A stretch of DNA of 64,000 nt from Eledone cirrhosa (GCA_964016885.1 OZ024758.1:39122001-39186000); one strand, 5' to 3'. Shown: positions 25,601 to 41,100, counted from the stretch's first letter. Numbers and translations: made by a program. The notes: generated by a model not told the origin, from the sequence alone.

Positions 25601-27650
25601 TTCATTTAAGTTCATGGTACTAGCTGTCAGAAGTAACTCCACTGTTGGTGAGAATTCATTTAAGTTCATGGTACTAGCTGTCAGAAGTAACTCCAATGTT
25701 GGTGAGAATTCATTTAAGTTCATGGTATTAGCTGTCAGAAGTAACTCCAATGTTGGTGAGAATTCATTTAAGTTCATGGTATTAGCTGTCAGAAGGAACT
25801 CCACTGTTGGTGAGAATTCATTTAAGTCTTGGTATTAGTTGTCAGAAGTAACTCCAATGTTGGTGAGAATTCATTTAAGTTCATGGTACTAGCTGTCAGA
25901 AGTAACTCCACTGTTGGTGAGAATTCATTTAAGTTCATGGTATTAGCTGTCAGAAGTAACTCCACTGTTGGTGAGAATTCGTTTAAGTTCATGGTATTAG
26001 CTGTCAGAAGCAACTCCACTGTTGGTGAGAATTCATTTAAGTTCATGGTATTAGCTGTCAGAAGTAACTCCACTGTTGGTGAGAATTCATTTAAGTTCAT
26101 GGTATTAGCTGTCAGAAGGAACTCCAATGTTGGTGAGAATTCATTTAAGTCATGGTACTAGCTGTCAGAAGTAACTCCACTGTTGGTGAGAATTCATTTA
26201 AGTTCATGGTATTAGCTGTCAGAAGGAACGCCACTGTTGGTGAGAATTCATTTAAGTTCATGGTATTAGCTGTCAGAAGGAACTCCACTGTTGGTGAGAA
26301 TTCATTTAAGTTCATGGTACTAGCTGTCAGAAGTAACTCCAATGTTGGTGAGAATTCATTTAAGTTCATGGTATCAGCTGTCAGAAGGAACTCCACTGTT
26401 GGTGAGAATTCATTTAAGTTCATGGTATTAGCTGTCAGAAGTAACTCCACTGTTGGTGAGAATTCATTTAAGTTCATGGTACTAGTTGTCAGAAGTAACT
26501 CCACTGTTGGTGAGAATTCATTTAAGTTCATGGTATTAGTTCGTCAGAAGTAACTCCACTGTTGGTGAGAATTCATTTAAGTCATGGTATTAGTTGTCAG
26601 AAGTAACTCCAATGTTGGTGAGAATTCATTTAAGTCATGGTACTAGCTGTCAGAAGTAACTCCAATGTTGGTGAGAATTCATTTAAGTTCATGGTATTAG
26701 CTGTCAGAAGGAACTCCACTGTTGGTGAGAATTCATTTAAGTTCATGGTACTAGCTGTCAGAAGTAACAGTAATGTTAGTGAGAATTCATTTAAGTTCAT
26801 GGTATTAGCTGTCACAAGGAACTCCACTGTTGGTGAGAATTCATTTAAGTCATGGTATTAGCTGTCAGAAGTAAATCCAATGTTGGTGAGAATTCATTTA
26901 AGTTCATGGTATTAGCTGTCAGAAGTAACTCCACTGTTGGTGAGAATTCATTTAAGTTCATGGTATTAGCTGTCAGAAGGAACTCCAATGTTTGTGAGAA
27001 TTCATTTAAGTCATGGTACTAGCTGTCAGAAGTAACTCCACTGTTGGTGAGAATTCATTTAAGTTCATGGTATTAGCTGTCAGAAGGAACGCCACTGTTG
27101 GTGAGAATTCATCTAAGTTCATGGTATTAGCTGTCAGAAGTAACTCCACTGTTGGTGAGAATTCATTTAAGTTCATGGTACTAGCTGTCAGAAGTAACTC
27201 CAATGTTGGTGAGAATTCATTTAAGTTCATGGTATTAGCTGTCAGAAGTAACTCCACTGTTGGTGAGAATTCATTTAAGTCTTGGTGTTAGTTGTCAGAA
27301 GTAACTCCAATGTTGGTGAGAATTCATTTAAGTTCATGGTACTAGCTGTCAGAAGTAACTCCACTGTTGGTGAGAATTCATTTAAGTTCATGGTACTAGC
27401 TGTCAGAAGTAACTCCAATGTTGGTGAGAATTCATTTAAGTTCATGGTATTAGCTGTCAGAAGTAACTCCAATGTTGGTGAGAATTCATTTAAGTTCATG
27501 GTATTAGCTGTCAGAAGGAACTCCACTGTTGGTGAGAATTCATTTAAGTCTTGGTATTAGTTGTCAGAAGTAACTCCAATGTTGGTGAGAATTCATTTAA
27601 GTTCATGGTACTAGCTGTCAGAAGTAACTCCACTGTTGGTGAGAATTCAT
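24200..27650 (+). repeat. Higher-order repeat, 1722 bp (32 monomers), two tandem copies
   Basis: ORF pairs 24430/26152, 24915/26637, 25291/27013, 25560/27282 and 25829/27551 are all offset 1722 = 32x54-6; AATTCGT at 24259/25981; GTTTGTGAG in both copies. Confidence 0.93.
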
Positions 27651-27784
27651 TTAAGTTCATGGTACTAGCTGTCAGAAGTAACTCCAATGTTGGTGAGAAT
27701 TCATTTAAGTTCATGGTATTAGCTGTCAGAAGTAACTCCACTGTTGGTGAGAATTCATTTAAGTTCATGGTACTAGCTGTCAGA

Positions 27785-27984
27785 NNNNNNNNNNNNNNNN
27801 NNNNNNNNNNNNNNNNNNNNNNNNNNNNNNNNNNNNNNNNNNNNNNNNNNNNNNNNNNNNNNNNNNNNNNNNNNNNNNNNNNNNNNNNNNNNNNNNNNNN
27901 NNNNNNNNNNNNNNNNNNNNNNNNNNNNNNNNNNNNNNNNNNNNNNNNNNNNNNNNNNNNNNNNNNNNNNNNNNNNNNNNNNNN
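27785..27984. other. Assembly gap of exactly 200 N (scaffold join, true size unknown)
   Basis: 200 consecutive N. A round fixed length is typical of placeholder gaps from scaffolding or curation. Confidence 0.98.
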
Positions 27985-30900
27985 TTCTGACAGCTAATAC
28001 CATGAACTTAAATGAATTCTCACCAACAGTGGAGTTACTTCTGACAGCTAATACCATGAACTTAAATGAATTCTCACCAACAGTGGAGTTACTTCTGACA
28101 GCTAATACCATGAACTTAAATGAATTCTCACCAACATTAGAGTGACTTCTGACAGCTAATACCATGAACTTAAATGAATTCTCACCAACATTGGGGTTAC
28201 TTCTGACAGCTAGTACCATGAACTTAAATGAATTCTCACCAACAGTGGAGTTACTTCTGACAGCTAGTACCATGAACTTAAATGAATTCTCACCAACAGT
28301 GGAGTTACTTCTGACAGCTAATACCATGAACTTAAATGAATTCTCACCAACAGTGGAGTTACTTCTGACAGCTAATACCATGAACTTAAATGAATTCTCA
28401 CCAACAGTGGAGTTACTTCTGACAGCTAGTACCATGAACTTAAATGAATTCTCACCAACAGTGGAGTTACTTCTGACAGCTAATACCATGAACTTAAATG
28501 AATTCTCACCAACAGTGGAGTTACTTCTGACAGCTAATACCATGAACTTAAATGAATTCTCACCAACAGTGGAGTTACTTCTGACAGCTAATACCATGAA
28601 CTTAAATGAATTCTCACCAACATTGGAGTTACTTCTGACAGCTAGTACCATGAACTTAAATGAATTCTCACCAACAGTGGAGTTACTTCTGACAGCTAGT
28701 ACCATGACTTAAATGAATTCTCACCAACAGTGGAGTTACTTCTGACAGCTAATACCATGAACTTAAATGAATTCTCACCAACAGTGGAGTTACTTCTGAC
28801 AGCTAGTACCATGACTTAAATGAATTCTCACCAACATTGGAGTTACTTCTGACAGCTAGTACCATGAACTTAAATGAATTCTCACCAACATTGGAGTTAC
28901 TTCTGACAACTAATACCATGACTTAAATGAATTCTCACCAACAGTGGAGTTACTTCTGACAAACTAATACCATGAACTTAAATGAATTCTCACCAACAGT
29001 GGAGTTACTTCTGACAGCTAGTACCATGAACTTAAATGAATTCTCACCAACAGTGGAGTTACTTCTGACAGCTAGTACCATGAACTTAAATGAATTCTCA
29101 CCAACAGTGGAGTTACTTCTGACAGCTAGTACCATGAACTTAAATGAATTCTCACCAACAATGGAGTTACTTCTGACAGCTAATACCATGACTTAAATGA
29201 ATTCTCACCAACAGTGGAGTTACTTCTGACAGCTAATACCATGAACTTAAATGAATTCTCACCAACAGTGGAGTTACTTCTGACAGCTAGTACCATGAAC
29301 TTAAATGAATTCTCACCAACAGTGGAGTTACTTCTGACAGCTAATACCATGAACTTAAATGAATTCTCACCAACAGTGGAGTTACTTCTGACAGCTAATA
29401 CCATGAACTTAAATGAATTCTCACCAACAGTGGAGTTACTTCTGACAGCTAATACCATGAACTTAAATGAATTCTCACCAACAGTGGAGTTACTTCTGAC
29501 AGCTAATACCATGAACTTAAATGAATTCTCACCAACATTGGAGTGACTTCTGACAGCTAATACCATGAACTTAAATGAATTCTCACCAACATTGGGTTAC
29601 TTCTGACAGCTAGTACCATGAACTTAAATGAATTCTCACCAACAGTGGAGTTACTTCTGACAGCTAGTACCATGAACTTAAATGAATTCTCACCAACAGT
29701 GGAGTTACTTCTGACAGCTAATACCATGAACTTAAATGAATTCTCACCAACAGTGGAGTTACTTCTGACAGCTAGTACCATGACTTAAATGAATTCTCAC
29801 CAACATTGGAGTTACTTCTGACAGCTAGTACCATGAACTTAAATGAATTCTCACCAACATTGGAGTTACTTCTGACAACTAATACCATGACTTAAATGAA
29901 TTCTCACCAACAGTGGAGTTACTTCTGACAAACTAATACCATGAACTTAAATGAATTCTCACCAACAGTGGAGTTACTTCTGACAGCTAGTACCATGAAC
30001 TTAAATGAATTCTCACCAACAGTGGAGTTACTTCTGACAGCTAATACCATGAACTTAAATGAATTCTCACCAACAGTGGAGTTACTTCTGACAGCTAGTA
30101 CCATGAACTTAAATGAATTCTCACCAACATTGGAGTTACTTCTGACAGCTAGTACCATGAACTTAAATGAATTCTCACCAACAGTGGAGTTACTTCTGAC
30201 AGCTAGTACCATGAACTTAAATGAATTCTCACCAACAGTGGAGTTACTTCTGACAGCTAGTACCATGAACTTAAATGAATTCTCACCAACAGTGGAGTTA
30301 CTTCTGACAGCTAGTACCATGAACTTAAATGAATTCTCACCAACATTGGAGTTACTTCTGACAGCTAGTACCATGAACTTAAATGAATTCTCACCAACAG
30401 TGGAGTTACTTCTGACAGCTAGTACCATGAACTTAAATGAATTCTCACCAACAGTGGAGTTACTTCTGACAGCTAGTACCATGAACTTAAATGAATTCTC
30501 ACCAACAGTGGAGTTACTTCTGACAGCTAGTACCATGAACTTAAATGAATTCTCACCAACAGTGGAGTTACTTCTGACAGCTAGTACCATGAACTTAAAT
30601 GAATTCTCACCAACAATGGAGTTACTTCTGACAGCTAATACCATGACTTAAATGAATTCTCACCAACAGTGGAGTTACTTCTGACAGCTAATACCATGAA
30701 CTTAAATGAATTCTCACCAACAGTGGAGTTACTTCTGACAGCTAGTACCATGAACTTAAATGAATTCTCACCAACAGTGGAGTTACTTCTGACAGCTAAT
30801 ACCATGAACTTAAATGAATTATCACCAACAGTGGAGTTACTTCTGACAGCTAATACCATGAACTTAAATGAATTCTCACCAACGGTGGAGTTACTTCTGA

Positions 30901-33900
30901 CAGCTAATACCATGAACTTAAATGAATTCTCACCAACAGTGGAGTTACTTCTGACAGCTAATACCATGAACTTAAATGAATTCTCACCAACATTGGAGTG
31001 ACTTCTGACAGCTAATACCATGAACTTAAATGAATTCTCACCAACATTGGAGTTACTTCTGACAACTAATACCATGACTTAAATGAATTCTCACCAACAG
31101 TGGAGTTACTTCTGACAAACTAATACCATGAACTTAAATGAATTCTCACCAACAGTGGAGTTACTTCTGACAGCTAGTACCATGAACTTAAATGAATTCT
31201 CACCAACAGAGGAGTTACTTCTGACAGCTAATACCATGAACTTAAATGAATTCTCACCAACAGTGGAGTTACTTCTGACAGCTAGTACCATGAACTTAAA
31301 TGAATTCTCACCAACAGTGGAGTTACTTCTGACAGCTAATACCATGAACTTAAATGAATTCTCACCAACAGTGGAGTTACTTCTGACAGCTAGTACCATG
31401 ACTTAAATGAATTCTCACCAACATTGGAGTTACTTCTGACAGCTAGTACCATGAACTTAAATGAATTCTCACCAACATTGGAGTTACTTCTGACAACTAA
31501 TACCATGACTTAAATGAATTCTCACCAACAGTGGAGTTACTTCTGACAAACTAATACCATGAACTTAAATGAATTCTCACCAACAGTGGAGTTACTTCTG
31601 ACAGCTAGTACCATGAACTTAAATGAATTCTCACCAACAGTGGAGTTACTTCTGACAGCTAATACCATGAACTTAAATGAATTCTCACCAACAGTGGAGT
31701 TACTTCTGACAGCTAATACCATGAACTTAAATGAATTCTCACCAACATAGGAGTGACTTCTGACAGCTAATACCATGAACTTAAATGAATTCTCACCAAC
31801 ATTGGGGTTACTTCTGACAGCTAGTACCATGAACTTAAATGAATTCTCACCAACAGTGGAGTTACTTCTGACAGCTAGTACCATGAACTTAAATGAATTC
31901 TCACCAACAGTGGAGTTACTTCTGACAGCTAATACCATGAACATAAATGAATTCTCACCAACAGTGGAGTTACTTCTGACAGCTAATACCATGAACTTAA
32001 ATGAATTCTCACCAACAGTGGAGTTACTTCTGACAGCTAGTACCATGAACTTAAATGAATTCTCACCAACAGTGGAGTTACTTCTGACAGCTAATACCAT
32101 GAACTTAAATGAATTCTCACCAACAAGTGGAGTTACTTCTGACAGCTAATACCATGAACTTAAATGAATTCTCACCAACAGTGGAGTTACTTCTGACAGC
32201 TAATACCATGAACTTAAATGAATTCTCACCAACATTGGGAGTTACTTCTGACAGCTAGTACCATGAACTTAAATGAATTCTCACCAACAGTGGAGTTACT
32301 TCTGACAGCTAGTACCATGACTTAAATGAATTCTCACCAACAGTGGAGTTACTTCTGACAGCTAATACCATGAACTTAAATGAATTCTCACCAACAGTGG
32401 AGTTACTTCTGACAGCTAGTACCATGACTTAAATGAATTCTCACCAACATTGGAGTTACTTCTGACAGCTAGTACCATGAACTTAAATGAATTCTCACCA
32501 ACATTGGAGTTACTTCTGACAACTAATACCATGACTTAAATGAATTCTCACCAACAGTGGAGTTACTTCTGACAACTAATACCATGAACTTAAATGAATT
32601 CTCACCAACAGTGGAGTTACTTCTGACAGCTAGTACCATGAACTTAAATGAATTCTCACCAACAGTGGAGTTACTTCTGACAGCTAGTACCATGAACTTA
32701 AATGAATTCTCACCAACAGTGGAGTTACTTCTGACAGCTAGTACCATGAACTTAAATGAATTCTCACCAACATTGGAGTTACTTCTGACAGCTAGTACCA
32801 TGACTTAAATGAATTCTCACCAACAGTGGAGTTACTTCTGACAGCTAGTACCATGAACTTAAATGAATTCTCACCAACAGTGGAGTTACTTCTGACAGCT
32901 AGTACCATGAACTTAAATGAATTCTCACCAACAGTGGAGTTACTTCTGACAGCTAATACCATGAACTTAAATGAATTCTCACCAACAGTGGAGTTACTTC
33001 TGACAGCTAATACCATGAACTTAAATGAATTCTCACCAACAGTGGAGTTACTTCTGACAGCTAATACCATGAACTTAAATGAATTCTCACCAACAGTGGA
33101 GTTACTTCTGACAGCTAATACCATGAACTTAAATGAATTCTCACCAACATTGGAGTGACTTCTGACAGCTAATACCATGAACTTAAATGAATTCTCACCA
33201 ACATTGGGGTTACTTCTGACAGCTAGTACCATGAACTTAAATGAATTCTCACCAACAGTGGAGTTACTTCTGACAGCTAGTACCATGAACTTAAATGAAT
33301 TCTCACCAACAGTGGAGTTACTTCTGACAGCTAATACCATGAACTTAAATGAATTCTCACCAACAGTGGAGTTACTTCTGACAGCTAGTACCATGACTTA
33401 AATGAATTCTCACCAACATTGGAGTTACTTCTGACAGCTAGTACCATGAACTTAAATGAATTCTCACCAACATTGGAGTTACTTCTGACAACTAATACCA
33501 TGACTTAAATGAATTCTCACCAACAGTGGAGTTACTTCTGACAACTAATACCATGAACTTAAATGAATTCTCACCAACAGTGGAGTTACTTCTGACAGCT
33601 AGTACCATGAACTTAAATGAATTCTCACCAACAGTGGAGTTACTTCTGACAGCTAATACCATGAACTTAAATGAATTCTCACCAACAGTGGAGTTACTTC
33701 TGACAGCTAGTACCATGAACTTAAATGAATTCTCACCAACATTGGAGTTACTTCTGACAGCTAGTACCATGAACTTAAATGAATTCTCACCAACAGTGGA
33801 GTTACTTCTGACAGCTAGTACCATGAACTTAAATGAATTCTCACCAACAGTGGAGTTACTTCTGACAGCTAGTACCATGAACTTAAATGAATTCTCACCA

Positions 33901-35150
33901 ACAGTGGAGTTACTTCTGACAGCTAGTACCATGAACTTAAATGAATTCTCACCAACATTGGAGTTACTTCTGACAGCTAGTACCATGAACTTAAATGAAT
34001 TCTCACCAACAGTGGAGTTACTTCTGACAGCTAGTACCATGAACTTAAATGAATTCTCACCAACAGTGGAGTTACTTCTGACAGCTAGTACCATGAACTT
34101 AAATGAATTCTCACCAACAGTGGAGTTACTTCTGACAGCTAGTACCATGAACTTAAATGAATTCTCACCAACAGTGGAGTTACTTCTGACAGCTAGTACC
34201 ATGAACTTAAATGAATTCTCACCAACAATGGAGTTACTTCTGACAGCTAATACCATGACTTAAATGAATTCTCACCAACAGTGGAGTTACTTCTGACAGC
34301 TAATACCATGAACTTAAATGAATTCTCACCAACAGTGGAGTTACTTCTGACAGCTAGTACCATGAACTTAAATGAATTCTCACCAACAGTGGAGTTACTT
34401 CTGACAGCTAATACCATGAACTTAAATGAATTATCACCAACAGTGGAGTTACTTCTGACAGCTAATACCATGAACTTAAATGAATTCTCACCAACAGTGG
34501 AGTTACTTCTGACAGCTAATACCATGAACTTAAATGAATTCTCACCAACAGTGGAGTTACTTCTGACAGCTAATACCATGAACTTAAATGAATTCTCACC
34601 AACATTGGAGTGACTTCTGACAGCTAATACCATGAACTTAAATGAATTCTCACCAACATTGGAGTTACTTCTGACAACTAATACCATGACTTAAATGAAT
34701 TCTCACCAACAGTGGAGTTACTTCTGACAAACTAATACCATGAACTTAAATGAATTCTCACCAACAGTGGAGTTACTTCTGACAGCTAGTACCATGAACT
34801 TAAATGAATTCTCACCAACAGAGGAGTTACTTCTGACAGCTAATACCATGAACTTAAATGAATTCTCACCAACAGTGGAGTTACTTCTGACAGCTAGTAC
34901 CATGAACTTAAATGAATTCTCACCAACAGTGGAGTTACTTCTGACAGCTAATACCATGAACTTAAATGAATTCTCACCAACAGTGGAGTTACTTCTGACA
35001 GCTAGTACCATGAACTTAAATGAATTCTCACCAACATTGGAGTTACTTCTGACAGCTAGTACCATGAACTTAAATGAATTCTCACCAACATTGGAGTTAC
35101 TTCTGACAGCTAATACCATGACTTAAATGAATTCTCACCAACAGTGGAGT
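27985..35150 (-). repeat. Higher-order repeat of about 3611 bp (67 monomers), two tandem copies
   Basis: ORF pairs 28164/31775 (3611), 30669/34281 and 31128/34740 (3612); markers GAATTATCACC (about 30820/34432) and ACAGAGGAG (about 31208/34820). Confidence 0.85.
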
Positions 35151-38100
35151 TACTTCTGACAAACTAATACCATGAACTTAAATGAATTCTCACCAACAGT
35201 GGAGTTACTTCTGACAGCTAGTACCATGAACTTAAATGAATTCTCACCAACAGTGGAGTTACTTCTCACAGCTAATACCATGAACTTAAATGAATTCTCA
35301 CCAACAGTGGAGTTACTTCTGACAGCTAGTACCATGAACTTAAATGAATTCTCACCAACAATGGAGTTACTTCTGACAGCTAGTACCATGAACTTAAATG
35401 AATTCTCACCAACAGTGGAGTTACTTCTGACAGCTAGTACCATGAACTTAAATGAATTCTCACCAACAGTGGAGTTACTTCTGACAGCTAGTACCATGAA
35501 CTTAAATGAATTCTCACCAACAGTGGAGTTACTTCTGACAGCTAGTACCATGAACTTAAATGAATTCTCACCAACATTGGAGTTACTTCTGACAGCTAGT
35601 ACCATGAACTTAAATGAATTCTCACCAACAGTGGAGTTACTTCTGACAGCTAGTACCATGAACTTAAATGAATTCTCACCAACAGTGGAGTTACTTCTGA
35701 CAGCTAGTACCATGAACTTAAATGAATTCTCACCAACAGTGGAGTTACTTCTGACAGCTAGTACCATGAACTTAAATGAATTCTCACCAACAGTCGAGTT
35801 ACTTCTGACAGCTAGTACCATGAACTTAAATGAATTCTCACCAACAATGGAGTTACTTCTGACAGCTAATACCATGACTTAAATGAATTCTCACCAACAG
35901 TGGAGTTACTTCTGACAGCTAATACCATGAACTTAAATGAATTCTCACCAACAGTGGAGTTACTTCTGACAGCTAGTACCATGAACTTAAATGAATTCTC
36001 ACCAACAGTGGAGTTACTTCTGACAGCTAATACCATGAACTTAAATGAATTCTCACCAACAGTGGAGTTACTTCTGACAGCTAGTACCATGAACTTAAAT
36101 GAATTCTCACCAACAGTGGAGTTACTTCTGACAGCTAGTACCATGAACTTAAATGAATTCTCACCAACATTGGAGTTACTTCTGACAGCTAATACCATGA
36201 ACTTAAATGAATTCTCACCAACAGTGGAGTTACTTCTGACAGCTAATACCATGAACTTAAATGAATTCTCACCAACAGTGGAGTTACTTCTGACAGCTAG
36301 TACCATGAACTTAAATGAATTCTCACCAACAGTGGAGTTACTTCTGACAGCTAATACCATGAACTTAAATGAATTCTCACCAACAGTGGAGTTACTTCTG
36401 ACAGCTAGTACCATGAACTTAAATGAATTCTCACCAACATTGGAGTTACTTCTGACAGCTAGTACCATGAACTTAAATGAATTCTCACCAACAGTGGAGT
36501 TACTTCTGACAGCTAGTACCATGAACTTAAATGAATTCTCACCAACAGTGGAGTTACTTCTGACAGCTAGTACCATGAACTTAAATGAATTCTCACCAAC
36601 AGTGGAGTTACTTCTGACAGCTAGTACCATGAACTTAAATGAATTCTCACCAACATTGGAGTTACTTCTGACAGCTAGTACCATGAACTTAAATGAATTC
36701 TCACCAACAGTGGAGTTACTTCTGACAGCTAGTACCATGAACTTAAATGAATTCTCACCAACAGTGGAGTTACTTCTGACAGCTAGTACCATGAACTTAA
36801 ATGAATTCTCACCAACAGTGGAGTTACTTCTGACAGCTAGTACCATGAACTTAAATGAATTCTCACCAACAGTGGAGTTACTTCTGACAGCTAGTACCAT
36901 GAACTTAAATGAATTCTCACCAACAGTGGAGTTACTTCTGACAGCTAATACCATGACTTAAATGAATTCTCACCAACAGTGGAGTTACTTCTGACAGCTA
37001 ATACCATGAACTTAAATGAATTCTCACCAACAGTGGAGTTACTTCTGACAGCTAGTACCATGAACTTAAATGAATTCTCACCAACAGTGGAGTTACTTCT
37101 GACAGCTAATACCATGAACTTAAATGAATTCTCACCAACAGTGGAGTTACTTCTGACAGCTAGTACCATGACTTAAATGAATTCTCACCAACATTGGAGT
37201 TACTTCTGACAGCTAGTACCATGAACTTAAATGAATTCTCACCAACATTGGAGTTACTTCTGACAACTAATACCATGACTTAAATGAATTCTCACCAACA
37301 GTGGAGTTACTTCTGACAACTAATACCATGAACTTAAATGAATTCTCACCAACAGTGGAGTTACTTCTGACAGCTAGTACCATGAACTTAAATGAATTCT
37401 CACCAACAGTGGAGTTACTTCTGACAGCTAATACCATGAACTTAAATGAATTCTCACCAACAGTGGAGTTACTTCTGACAGCTAGTACCATGAACTTAAA
37501 TGAATTCTCACCAACATTGGAGTTACTTCTGACAGCTAGTACCATGAACTTAAATGAATTCTCACCAACAGTGGAGTTACTTCTGACAGCTAGTACCATG
37601 AACTTAAATGAATTCTCACCAACAGTGGAGTTACTTCTGACAGCTAGTACCATGAACTTAAATGAATTCTCACCAACAGTGGAGTTACTTCTGACAGCTA
37701 GTACCATGAACTTAAATGAATTCTCACCAACATTGGAGTTACTTCTGACAGCTAGTACCATGAACTTAAATGAATTCTCACCAACAGTGGAGTTACTTCT
37801 GACAGCTAGTACCATGAACTTAAATGAATTCTCACCAACAGTGGAGTTACTTCTGACAGCTAGTACCATGAACTTAAATGAATTCTCACCAACAGTGGAG
37901 TTACTTCTGACAGCTAGTACCATGAACTTAAATGAATTCTCACCAACAGTGGAGTTACTTCTGACAGCTAGTACCATGAACTTAAATGAATTCTCACCAA
38001 CAATGGAGTTACTTCTGACAGCTAATACCATGACTTAAATGAATTCTCACCAACAGTGGAGTTACTTCTGACAGCTAATACCATGAACTTAAATGAATTC

Positions 38101-41100
38101 TCACCAACAGTGGAGTTACTTCTGACAGCTAGTACCATGAACTTAAATGAATTCTCACCAACAGTGGAGTTACTTCTGACAGCTAATACCATGAACTTAA
38201 ATGAATTCTCACCAACAGTGGAGTTACTTCTGACAGCTAATACCATGAACTTAAATGAATTCTCACCAACAGTGGAGTTACTTCTGACAGCTAATACCAT
38301 GAACTTAAATGAATTCTCACCAACAGTGGAGTTACTTCTGACAGCTAATACCATGAACTTAAATGAATTCTCACCAACATTGGAGTGACTTCTGACAGCT
38401 AATACCATGAACTTAAATGAATTCTCACCAACATTGGGAGTTACTTCTGACAGCTAGTACCATGAACTTAAATGAATTCTCACCAACAGTGGAGTTACTT
38501 CTGACAGCTAGTACCATGAACTTAAATGAATTCTCACCAACAGTGGAGTTACTTCTGACAGCTAATACCATGAACTTAAATGAATTCTCACCAACAGTGG
38601 AGTTACTTCTGACAGCTAGTACCATGACTTAAATGAATTCTCACCAACATTGGAGTTACTTCTGACAGCTAGTACCATGAACTTAAATGAATTCTCACCA
38701 ACATTGGAGTTACTTCTGACAACTAATACCATGACTTAAATGAATTCTCACCAACAGTGGAGTTACTTCTGACAAACTAATACCATGAACTTAAATGAAT
38801 TCTCACCAACAGTGGAGTTACTTCTGACAGCTAGTACCATGAACTTAAATGAATTCTCACCAACAGTGGAGTTACTTCTGACAGCTAATACCATGAACTT
38901 AAATGAATTCTCACCAACAGTGGAGTTACTTCTGACAGCTAGTACCATGAACTTAAATGAATTCTCACCAACAGTGGAGTTACTTCTGACAGCTAGTACC
39001 ATGAACTTAAATGAATTCTCACCAACAGTGGAGTTACTTCTGACAGCTAGTACCATGAACTTAAATGAATTCTCACCAACAGTGGAGTTACTTCTGACAG
39101 CTAGTACCATGAACTTAAATGAATTCTCACCAACAGTGGAGTTACTTCTGACAGCTAGTACCATGAACTTAAATGAATTCTCACCAACAGTGGAGTTACT
39201 TCTGACAGCTAGTACCATGAACTTAAATGAATTCTCACCAACAGTGGAGTTACTTCTGACAGCTAGTACCATGAACTTAAATGAATTCTCACCAACATTG
39301 GAGTTACTTCTGACAGCTAATACCATGAACTTAAATGAATTCTCACCAACAGTGGAGTTACTTCTGACAGCTAGTACCATGAACTTAAATGAATTCTCAC
39401 CAACAGTGGAGTTACTTCTGACAGCTAGTACCATGAACTTAAATGAATTCTCACCAACAGTGGAGTTACTTCTGACAGCTAGTACCATGAACTTAAATGA
39501 ATTCTCACCAACAGTGGAGTTACTTCTGACAGCTAGTACCATGACTTAAATGAATTCTCACCAACATTGGAGTTACTTCTGACAGCTAGTACCATGAACT
39601 TAAATGAATTCTCACCAACATTGGAGTTACTTCTGACAACTAATACCATGACTTAAATGAATTCTCACCAACAGTGGAGTTACTTCTGACAGACTAATAC
39701 CATGAACTTAAATGAATTCTCACCAACAGTGGAGTTACTTCTGACAGCTAGTACCATGAACTTAAATGAATTCTCACCAACAGTGGAGTTACTTCTGACA
39801 GCTAATACCATGAACTTAAATGAATTCTCACCAACAGTGGAGTTACTTCTGACAGCTAGTACCATGAACTTAAATGAATTCTCACCAACATTGGAGTTAC
39901 TTCTGACAGCTAGTACCATGAACTTAAATGAATTCTCACCAACAGTGGAGTTACTTCTGACAGCTAGTACCATGAACTTAAATGAATTCTCACCAACAGT
40001 GGAGTTACTTCTGACAGCTAGTACCATGAACTTAAATGAATTCTCACCAACATTGGAGTTACTTCTGACAGCTAGTACCATGAACTTAAATGAATTCTCA
40101 CCAACAGTGGAGTTACTTCTGACAGCTAGTACCATGAACTTAAATGAATTCTCACCAACAGTGGAGTTACTTCTGACAGCTAGTACCATGAACTTAAATG
40201 AATTCTCACCAACAGTGGAGTTACTTCTGACAGCTAGTACCATGAACTTAAATGAATTCTCACCAACAGTGGAGTTACTTCTGACAGCTAGTACCATGAA
40301 CTTAAATGAATTCTCACCAACAATGGAGTTACTTCTGACAGCTAATACCATGACTTAAATGAATTCTCACCAACAGTGGAGTTACTTCTGACAGCTAATA
40401 CCATGAACTTAAATGAATTCTCACCAACAGTGGAGTTACTTCTGACAGCTAGTACCATGAACTTAAATGAATTCTCACCAACAGTGGAGTTACTTCTGAC
40501 AGCTAATACCATGAACTTAAATGAATTCTCACCAACAGTGGAGTTACTTCTGACAGCTAATACCATGAACTTAAATGAATTCTCACCAACAGTGGAGTTA
40601 CTTCTGACAGCTAATACCATGAACTTAAATGAATTCTCACCAACATTGGAGTGACTTCTGACAGCTAATACCATGAACTTAAATGAATTCTCACCAACAT
40701 TGGGGTTACTTCTGACAGCTAGTACCATGACTTAAATGAATTCTCACCAACAGTGGAGTTACTTCTGACAGCTAGTACCATGAACTTAAATGAATTCTCA
40801 CCAACAGTGGAGTTACTTCTGACAGCTAATACCATGAACTTAAATGAATTCTCACCAACAGTGGAGTTACTTCTGACAGCTAGTACCATGAACTTAAATG
40901 AATTCTCACCAACAGTGGAGTTACTTCTGACAGCTAGTACCATGAACTTAAATGAATTCTCACCAACAGTGGAGTTACTTCTGACAGCTAATACCATGAA
41001 CTTAAATGAATTCTCACCAACAGTGGAGTTACTTCTGACAGCTAGTACCATGAACTTAAATGAATTCTCACCAACATTGGAGTTACTTCTGACAGCTAGT

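Larger units (their letters stand above)
1..27784 (+). repeat. 54-bp tandem satellite array, left arm (about 515 monomers)
   Basis: Uninterrupted head-to-tail copies of ATGGTATTAGCTGTCAGAAGTAACTCCACTGTTGGTGAGAATTCATTTAAGTTC; GAATTC recurs every 54 (sometimes 53) bp; most monomers differ from consensus by 0-3 bases. Recurrent variants by monomer position: T7C, T21G, A22C, T25C, T25G, C29A and loss of one T at 52/53. Confidence 0.99.

Noticed and set aside
27551-28705. ORFs crossing the gap (27551-27997 and 27773-28705)
   Set aside because: They read through N bases and are artefacts.
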